From NCBI GenBank assembly GCA_001643675.2, contig LSRY02000014.1:930001-994000 (forward strand): a stretch of DNA of 64,000 nucleotides. The letters run 5' to 3'. Positions 63,652 through 64,000 of this stretch are shown here, piece by piece. Source of the stretch: Monocercomonoides exilis PA203 (lineage: Eukaryota; Protista; Preaxostyla). The position numbers and the translations under genes were made by a program. The notes beneath the pieces are model-generated. The model worked only from the letters and a program-made list of their open reading frames with translations. It searched no databases and was not told the origin of the DNA. Every line of letters begins with the position of its first letter. The stretch's first letter is position 1.

Positions 63652-64000
63652 TATTGAGCTGTGATGCGATTGGCTTTTTTGAAGAAAATGACAATGCGCA
63701 GAAATATTTCAATATTCAATATGACCCGTATTATTTCTTGTAACTTCAAATCAATAAAAATTATGTATCGATATTTTTCTTTAAAAGCCATAGTTGCCAG
63801 CCACAGTTCCATGCTTAATTGCTTTTGTTGTGGTTGTTGAATATTTTATCTTACTCATTCTTTTTCTCTTATTTTTTTCAACGTTTGCTTTCAAAATATC
63901 AATATGATTTAAGAAATGATATATTTTCGCTTCTCAGAAAACGCTTTTCTGCTATTCAAGGAAATGTTGGACGCATTTATTTTTTCATTTTCTGAACAAT

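Noticed and set aside
1-64000. tRNA, rRNA or snoRNA genes
   Set aside because: No cloverleaf, rRNA or convincing C/D-box structure recognised by eye; tRNAscan-SE and Infernal would be needed to exclude them.

Overview
AT-rich, intron-rich eukaryotic genomic DNA with short GT-AG introns (often GTTTG/GTATG donors) and the standard genetic code. Gene style, especially the giant beta-helix/TM/pseudokinase receptor, resembles an oxymonad such as Monocercomonoides (inference, not verified). From left to right the window holds: a decayed pogo-family (DD35D) transposon with an adjacent foldback element; a LolD/MacB-type stand-alone ABC ATPase; rps9; a very large GSAP/pigeon-like gene; DPAGT1/ALG7; dynamitin (DCTN2-like); CWC2; importin-alpha-like gene 1; a 5.6-kb non-autonomous hAT-type element; a long hairpin; ULK4/RUNKEL; importin-alpha-like gene 2; an A20/AN1 zinc-finger gene; rpl29; a kinesin-like gene lacking its motor motifs; an orphan; a Cid1-family terminal nucleotidyltransferase; and an intronless ~9-kb receptor pseudokinase split by one in-frame TAG. 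The most striking structure is the hAT element. It has perfect 15-bp TIRs and an 8-bp TSD, and instead of a transposase it carries an intron-containing, decayed fragment of a nephrocystin-4-like gene (Pack-type gene capture). All homology calls come from motif recognition by eye; no searches were run.
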